From the human T2T-CHM13v2.0 reference genome, Homo sapiens, in assembly GCF_009914755.1 (NCBI RefSeq), contig NC_060935.1: DNA of 64,000 bases. One strand, given 5' to 3'. Below are positions 55,971 through 64,000 of this stretch, piece after piece (the stretch's first letter is position 1; every line of letters begins with the position of its first letter). Under the pieces are notes generated by a model. It saw only the letters and a list, made by a program, of their open reading frames with translations. It was not told where the DNA came from and searched no databases. The translations under genes and the position numbers were made by a program.

Positions 55971-57848
55971 AATTATTATTATTTTGTAGAGCAGGGGTCT
56001 TGCTATGTTGTCTAGGCTGGTCTCGAACTCTTGAGCTCAAGTGATTCGCCCACCTCAGCCTCCCAGAGTGCTGGGATTACAGGCGTGAGCCACCACGCCG
56101 GGCCAAGATCTTTCTAAAATGCATGTACAGCTGCCTTTCCTTTGCTCAGAACACTTGAGCTCTCCATTCCTCCTCGGGCTGAAGACTCCTGTGTCATCAC
56201 ATCCTGGCCCAGCGCCTCCCTGCTCTCCCAGTTGTGGATAGTTCCTCACTTGCAGACTCCTTTTTTTTGTACAACTTTGTAAATAAGCCGTTGTCTGAGA
56301 TTAGGCCTTTCTTATCTTCTACTTGCCAACTTCATTCTAGCTACAACCAAGTAATTTGGTGCAGCTCTTTCAGCGATCCGGTTTTGCCCTGTGTATACTG
56401 ATTCTCAAAAATGCCCATATTCTGATGCAGTGGTTTGACTTCAGCTAAGTTTTTTTTTTTTTAGTAGATACAGGAGTCTTTATGTTACCCAGGCTGGTCT
56501 CCAATCCTGGTCTCAAGTAATCCTCCTGCCTCAGCCTCCCAAAGTGTTGAGATTACAGGCATCAGCCACTACACCCGGCCTTTTTTTTTTGTTTTTTAAA
56601 AAATTTGTTTTTAGAGATGGGGTTTCACTCTGTTTCCTAGGCTGGAGCGCAGTGACACAATCACAGCTCACCGTATTCTCAGCCTCCCTAGCTCAGGCAG
56701 TCCTCCCACTTCAGCCTGTTGAGCAGCTGGGACCACGTGCATGTACCGCCACACCTGGCTAATTTTTTGTTTTATTTTTGTAAAGATGAGGTCTCCCTAT
56801 GTGCCCCAGGCTGGTCTTGAACTCCTGGGCTCAAGTGATCCTCCTACTTGGCCTCCCAGAGTGCTGGGATTACATAATGATGTTGGCCCTAACAACTTGT
56901 ATGGTTAGATTTTTAAATTCAGGCGTTTATAAGAGTTAAAGTCTAAGTGTGTATAGGTCCCACTGCGCTGGGGCTCAACATCTCTCACTTGCTCTCCAGC
57001 CATGCCTCATCTCACCTCTGCTTTTTTTTTTTTTTTTCTTTTTTGAGACGGAGTCTTGCTCTGTCGCCCAGGCTGGAGTGCAGTGGCACAATCTGGCTCA
57101 CTGCAACCTCTGCCTCCTGGGTTCAAGCAGTTCTCTGCCTCAGCCTCCCAAGTAGCTAGGCTTACAGGTGCCGCCACCATGCCCGGCTAATTTTTGCATT
57201 TTTAGTAGAGATGGGGTTTCACCATCTTGGCCAGTCTGGTCTTGAACTCCTGGTGTTGTGATCTGCCCGCCTTGGCCTCCCAAAGTGCTGGGATTACAGG
57301 CATCAGCCACCGCGCCCGGCCTCCCCTCTGCTTTTTGTATCCCTTCGAGGCTCACAATTCCCAGAGCTCTCCTTCTTGGTGATAGAAAGTGGGGCCACTG
57401 CCTGAGGTGTGATTGCAGACCTCTCCTTTGACTCTTTCTCTGCAATTACTTGTTCCTGGGAGACCGTCAACCTCATGGTTTTAGTGTCCATGGTGTTCCC
57501 TGCTCAAATCACTTCTTCCTGGAAGTTGCAAAGAGGTGATTTTTCCAGCTGTCCGTCCGTGTACAGTGATGAACAGATATTCCTGTGTGAAGAAGAGTGT
57601 TCTCCTTTGTTCACTTTCCAGCTCTCTCAGTCACTGAGGACACTGCATATTAGAGTCAGGCGTCGTCATTACTCCTTGGATGCTCATATTGTCCCTTTCA
57701 GATTGGCTCCTGTGTCTTTTTGCCAAGACCCCATTAGTTCTTGAGTGCTTCATTGCTTTCTGGCACAGAAATTTGTCCCAGGCCTACTTTGTACTTTTCC
57801 TGCCTCAGATCTGAAATCATTCCTCTCAGGAGCCCTGGTTCCCTTTAG

Positions 57849-58142
<294 letters not shown>

Positions 58143-59016
58143 TGAACTCCTGACCTCAGAACTCCACCTGTCTTGGCCTCCCAAAGTGCTGGGATTGCAG
58201 GCATGAGCCCCTGTGCCTGGCTGAAGGTAGCATCTTTTATGTCCTTTCATTGGACAGAGCTAGAAAAAAATGTTCATTAAAAAACCTCCAATTTCATACT
58301 GATTCTTTAAAATAAAAGTTTTTTCCCCTTATTTTATATTTACACAGCTTAAACTGATGATTTTGATTTCTAATAATATTAACATTGTTTTCCTTATCTA
58401 TGATATTCATAAAATGGGTTCAGCATTTTAATACATTGTTCTTACAAACAACCCTTCGAATGAAGTTTAGGATTCCTTAGCAATTCTTTTGGCTTTAGAA
58501 ATAAATACATCTTAAGAATATATAGTTAGAGTAATGGGTTTAAAACAATTTGTTGTAACATAACCAAAGTAATTACCAATTTGATAAACAGGTTCATTTG
58601 TTCCTATTTATTCTTAATTCAGAGTTTGCATTTTATAAACTTTTTAAGTAGCTGGGACTACAGGCATGCGCCACCACGCCCCAGCTTTTTAAGTGTTGGC
58701 ATTACAGGCGTGGCTCACTGTGCCCAGCCAAGTTTATTCTTTTTCAAACCAGGTGTGGTGGCACACACCTGCAGTCCAAGCTACTTGAGAGGCTGAGGTG
58801 GGAGGATCGCTTGAGACCAGGAGTTGGAGGCCAGCCTGGTTAACATAGCAAGACCCTGTCTCTCAAAAACACATTTTTTTAAAAAGTTTATTATTTTTCA
58901 GCCAGGTGCAGTGGCTCACACTTGTAATCCCACACTTCGGGAGGCTGAGGCAGGTGCATCACTTGAGCCCAGGTGTTCAAGAGCAGCCTGGGCAACATGG
59001 TGAAACCCCATCTCTA

Positions 59017-59193
<177 letters not shown>

Positions 59194-59305
59194 TTATTAT
59201 TTTTCAAACACACAAAACATTTACATGGTTCAAAAGACCAGAACTTTGTAAAAATGTAAACTCAGAAGTCTTGCACCTAGCCCTGTCGCACCCACCTCCG
59301 ATAGG

Positions 59306-59400
59306 TGGGGTGAGGACGTGTCTGGTTTGCATGGAATAGTCCCGGTTTTTGCCTGTTATCCTGGAGCAATTAGTGACAGTGCCTTCTTTCACTCTCAGAA
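59306..59400. mobile_element. MER94-like hAT-Blackjack fragment
   Basis: ctggtttgcatggaatagtcccggtttttgcctgttatcctggagcaatta...ctttcactctca resembles the MER94 consensus as I recall it. Confidence 0.55.
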
Positions 59401-59826
59401 ATGAAGCATAGCTAAGGCTTTGTTGGCGCCTGCTAATGCTAATTTAGAGATGTGGACAAAATGTTTCCACTTTGTGGATTTTTTTCCCCTGTAGCTAAAA
59501 GTAAGGGCTTGGCTGAATCCTGTAGACTTGGATTGAGGTTCTCTTGGCAGGGGAGGTCCAACCATGGAGTTCATACTCTTTTCACAGAGTCTCATTCTTA
59601 TTCGGAGGAGGAAATTTCATTTTACTCTGAAAATTTGGGAGCTTGAAGCATATTGTACATTTCCAAGTTTTTCTGCTTTGCAAAGGGCCAATTATTCCTC
59701 CTGCCTATGTAGTTTTAAACCTTTGCCAGTACTAATATAAAAATTGATTTCAAGTAGTGACATGCTGAAGTTGTTGAATCATATAGAAAAGTTAAAGTTC
59801 TACTTGAGATGAATCAGTGTTTCTGA

Positions 59827-60015
<189 letters not shown>

Positions 60016-60789
60016 TAGTAGAGACGGGGTTTCTCCTTGTTGGTCAGCCTGGTCTTGAACTCCCGACCTCAGGTTATCCACCAGCTCCCGGCCTCCCAAA
60101 GTGCTGGGATTACAGGCGTGAGCCACCACGCCCAGCCGATCTCTTGAAATCTTAAGGTGCTGTGAGGAAGCTAGTGCAGTCTCTTCCACCTTAAAAATAA
60201 TTTGTGGGGGAAACATGAATGACAGCCGAGGTCATGGTATCCTACATACCCTTAAAGAGAGATGTGGCAGGATGAGATGATTTCGAATAGCCTGAGTATT
60301 AATTTGAATAGTGTGACGTGGTATTTCTTTTCATACAAATTAAAATCTAAAGAACTTCACTTGTGATTAAGTGTGAGATCCCATTGATGCAGAAAGGCTT
60401 AAAGAAATTCCAAGTAAAATTTTACTTAGCAGCCCTGTGGCTCAGCTCATTTTCCTCCACCATAGATGCTGAGGCGTTCACACTGGAGGGCGATCTCAGC
60501 AGACAGGCATTGTGCTCTTTGTGTTACCTGAAGGCACTTTACAAACAGGAATTCAGTGCATTGCCCTTCCTCTGTTTCTTTTTGTGATTGATGGAGATCT
60601 GCTGACTTAAATGAATAGTTTACTTATTTATTTATTTTTGAGACAGGGTCTCACTCTGTCATCCAGTCTGGAGTGCGGTGGCATGGTCACAGCTCACCAC
60701 AGCCTCCACCTCTCTGGGCTCAGGTGATCCTCCCACCTCAGCCTCCCCAGTAGCTGGAACCACAGGCATGTGTCACCACGCCTGGCTAA

Positions 60790-60995
<206 letters not shown>

Positions 60996-63489
60996 TAGCC
61001 AGGATGGTCTGGATCTCCTGACCTTGTGATCCACCCACCTCTGCCTCCCAAAGTGCTAGGATTACAGGCGTGAGCCACCGCGCTTGGCCAGTCGCCTGGC
61101 TAATTTTTGTATTTTTTTGTAGAGACAGGGTTTCCCATGTTTCCCAGGCTGTTCTTGAACTCCTGGGCTCAAGTGACCCCCCTGCCTAGGCCTCCCAAAG
61201 TGCTGGAATCACACATGTGAGCCACCACACTCGGCCAGTGAATAGTTTAGAAGCAGGCCATGTGCGTCCTTTCTGCCTGCCTCTGTAGGTAGATTCCACT
61301 CCGCCTCCCCTGTGTGGATTCCCACATTGGAGCGCGGGCTGGGTGGGTGGCAAGGAGAGCAGTAGGTTTGTGTGGAGCATGGGCTTGGAGCCAGCTGGAC
61401 TCGCATGTCCCCTTTCCCTTGTTACCTTTGTCACGTTCCCTCATCACTGAGCCTTCTGTTTCCTCACAGTAAATTAGAGATAATAATCATTTGGGTATTT
61501 TTTAGCAAATTCGTATTGTCTACTGTGTGTAAGGTACCGTCCAGGGGTTGGGTATACGGATGTTTGGGAGATAGAATGAGATCATAGTGAATGTTTATTG
61601 CCTCTAAGCCTCTTTATAGGAATGAGCCCCCACTGAAGCCTCGTGACAGTGCTATAAAGCAGGACACTGTTATGACCCCATTTTCTAGATGAAGAAATTG
61701 GAAACTCACTCAGGATCCCATAGATATTACATGGTAGAGGCTGTATTTGAATCCAAGCAGTCTGACTCCAGAGTTCTTCAACTGCATGAAAAAGTGGGCA
61801 CAACAGTATCCTTCAGACCCCTCTGCCCCCTTATAGTATTACTGGAGTGCACACACTTATGGTTCTTTAACGGAGGGACTTGTCTCTCAGTTAGATCCCC
61901 TTCCACTCCTTGCACCTACTCCACCTTTGAGCATCCGGGGCAGCTGCTTGGGCTTCCCCTGCCTGGGATGGGAGCCTAGTCTGAGCAAGGTGCCTGCCCA
62001 TGTGGCCTGCTGCCTGGTGCTATTCTGTCCCCAGTGTTGAGCGTAGCCTCTGGCACACAGTAGACACACACACAGTGATGCATCCTAGAATGATGAAATA
62101 ATTTCCTAAACGGGATCTTTTAACGGTTACCTACCTGTTCTTCAGTGGCTCATCTAATTCTGTTCCTAGCTCTTCCACGTGGTTAATCCAAGGCATTCAA
62201 AGTTTCAGTTTTTTTCCCCTTCTTCATTGCTTTTTCCAGAAACTTTTTCACAGTGCAGAACAAGGGGATTTAAGTGTGCTATATGTTGGCTTCATAGCAA
62301 GTGTGTGACACTATTGTTTGGTTTCCCATCAATCAACTCTTGGCCCATCATAACGTTAAAATTTGCTAACCTGCAATTTCGTTGGTATTTTGATGATTAC
62401 TTGAAACAAATCACTGGAACAATAGAGAAGCAAATAAAACCAATGGCTTTGAAACATAATAGAGTCGCGGTGGCAAGGCCAGTCCCCTACCCCACTGCCT
62501 TTGGCACGTGGTAGCTGCTGATTAGCAAAGTGTGAGAGCAGGTGGCTCAGGAGCCAGTGGCGTCTTCTGGTCTGCCATCACTTAATCTGCTGGAGCCTTG
62601 TGTTACTTCTCCACATATATAAACTGGGTGGACTGGGCCCTGTAGTTTAAAGCTTTCTGGAAGAAGCCAGTCTCCGAAGGGTCTTTTTCCATAGGTAAAA
62701 CCATGCAGAGTGGCTCAGGGCAAAGTCAGCTGCCCTGGGGAGCCATTTGCTGAGACCCTCAGCCTCTGCTTTACCCTGCCCTCGAAGGGGTCCTAGGAAG
62801 ACAGTTGGAAAGCCCTAGGACTAGCGATTGGATCCCTTTCAGCTCTCTGATTCTTTAAATACTCTGTAGTTCCTGCACAGTTCTCTCTCTCTCTCTTTTT
62901 TTTTTTTTTTTTGACAGGGTCTTCCTGTGTCGCCCAGGCTGGAGTGCAGTGAGATCAAGGCTCACTGCAGCCTCGACTTCCTGGGCTCGAGCAATCCTCC
63001 CATCTCAGCCTCTCGAGTAGCTGGGACCATTGGTGTGCAGTGCACCACCATGCCCAGCTGAGTTTTGTATTTTTTGTAGACACAGGGTTTCGCCATGTTT
63101 CCCAGGCTGGTCTCAAACTCTTGGCCTCAAGTGATCCTTCTACCTCGGCCTCCCAAAGTGCTGGGATGACAGGTGCGAGCCACTGCACCTGGCCTGCACA
63201 GTTCTTTTGTTGCAAATTGTAGAGAAAGGTAAACTTTGATTCCAGTATTCACCTGCAGAAGACCTGAGTGAATGTTTGGAGATGGCGAGGTGATGGAAGT
63301 TGGCGAGGGTCAAAGGAGAGGAACACTGGGAAGGAAATCCAGTGTTTCTGCTGAAGGGATATGCCCACGTCCTTTAGACATGGGACAGAAAGCAGGATTT
63401 TGGTGTCTTTGAATGGGGGATGTAAATCCTACCTTGAGTGTAACGAGGCTTTGTGACAAAGGCAAAAAGTCAAAAGGGAAATGGTGAGA

Positions 63490-64000
63490 ATTTTCTTTCT
63501 TTTTTTTTTTTTTAATTTTTATTTTTATTGATCATTCTTGGGTGTTTCTCACAGAGAGGGATTTGGCAGGGTCATAGGACAATAGTGGAAGGAAGGTCAG
63601 CAGATAAACAAGTGAACAAAGGTCTCTGGTTTTCCTAGGCAGAGGTCCCTGTGGCCTTCCGCAGTGTTTGTGTCCCTGGGTACTTGAGATTAGGGAGTGG
63701 TGATGACTCTTAACGAGCATGCTGCCTTCAAGCATCTGTTTAACAAAGCACATCTTGCACTGCCCTTAATCCATTTAACCCTGAGTGGACACAGCACATG
63801 TTTCAGAGAGCACAGGGTTGGGGGGTAAGGTCACAGATCAACAGGATCCCAAGGCAGAAGAATTTTTCTTAGTACAGAACAAAATGACAAGTCTCCCATG
63901 TCTACTTCTTTCCACACAGACATGGCAACCATCCGATTTCTCAATCTTTTCCCCGCCTTTCCCCGCTTTCTATTCCACAAAACCGCCATTGTCATCCTGG
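63490..64000 (-). mobile_element. SVA retrotransposon, SINE-R 3' end with poly(A) tail; truncated by the window edge
   Basis: Poly-T tract followed by the diagnostic tttattgatcattcttgggtgtttctc...gggtcataggacaatagtgg...ttccacaaaaccgccattgtcatcctgg (HERV-K LTR-derived SINE-R). AATAAA on the minus strand at 63524-63529. Confidence 0.96.

Noticed and set aside
63532-63753. 73-aa ORF MCFVKQMLEGSMLVKSHHH...
   Set aside because: Generic open frame of the SVA SINE-R region.

Overview
Human (or very close great-ape) genomic DNA. I recognise it as the 5' end of PPFIA1 (liprin-alpha-1; 11q13.3 from memory) on the + strand. Positions 1-38.9 kb are repeat-dense intergenic DNA: dozens of Alus, MaLR LTRs, L1/L2/MIR and DNA-transposon relics, and a decayed RPL7 retrocopy split by two Alus. 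A CpG-island, TATA-less promoter lies at about 38.9-40.45 kb. Non-coding exon 1 ends at 39866, and coding exon 2 spans 41125-41388, starting exactly at the ATG. The long intron 2 holds an antisense H2AZ1 processed pseudogene with TSDs, the MADE1-derived MIR548K hairpin, and the 3' end of an antisense SVA cut by the window edge. Nearly all ORF-track entries are Alu-, repeat- or GC-derived noise. I found no convincing new multi-gene system. The best leads are regulatory: a candidate 66-nt 5'UTR cassette exon with a palindromic donor that would rewrite the Kozak context, a GUG uORF whose stop overlaps the tandem AUGAUG, and a GGAA microsatellite 3 kb upstream. Repeat boundaries and subfamilies were called by eye and are approximate.
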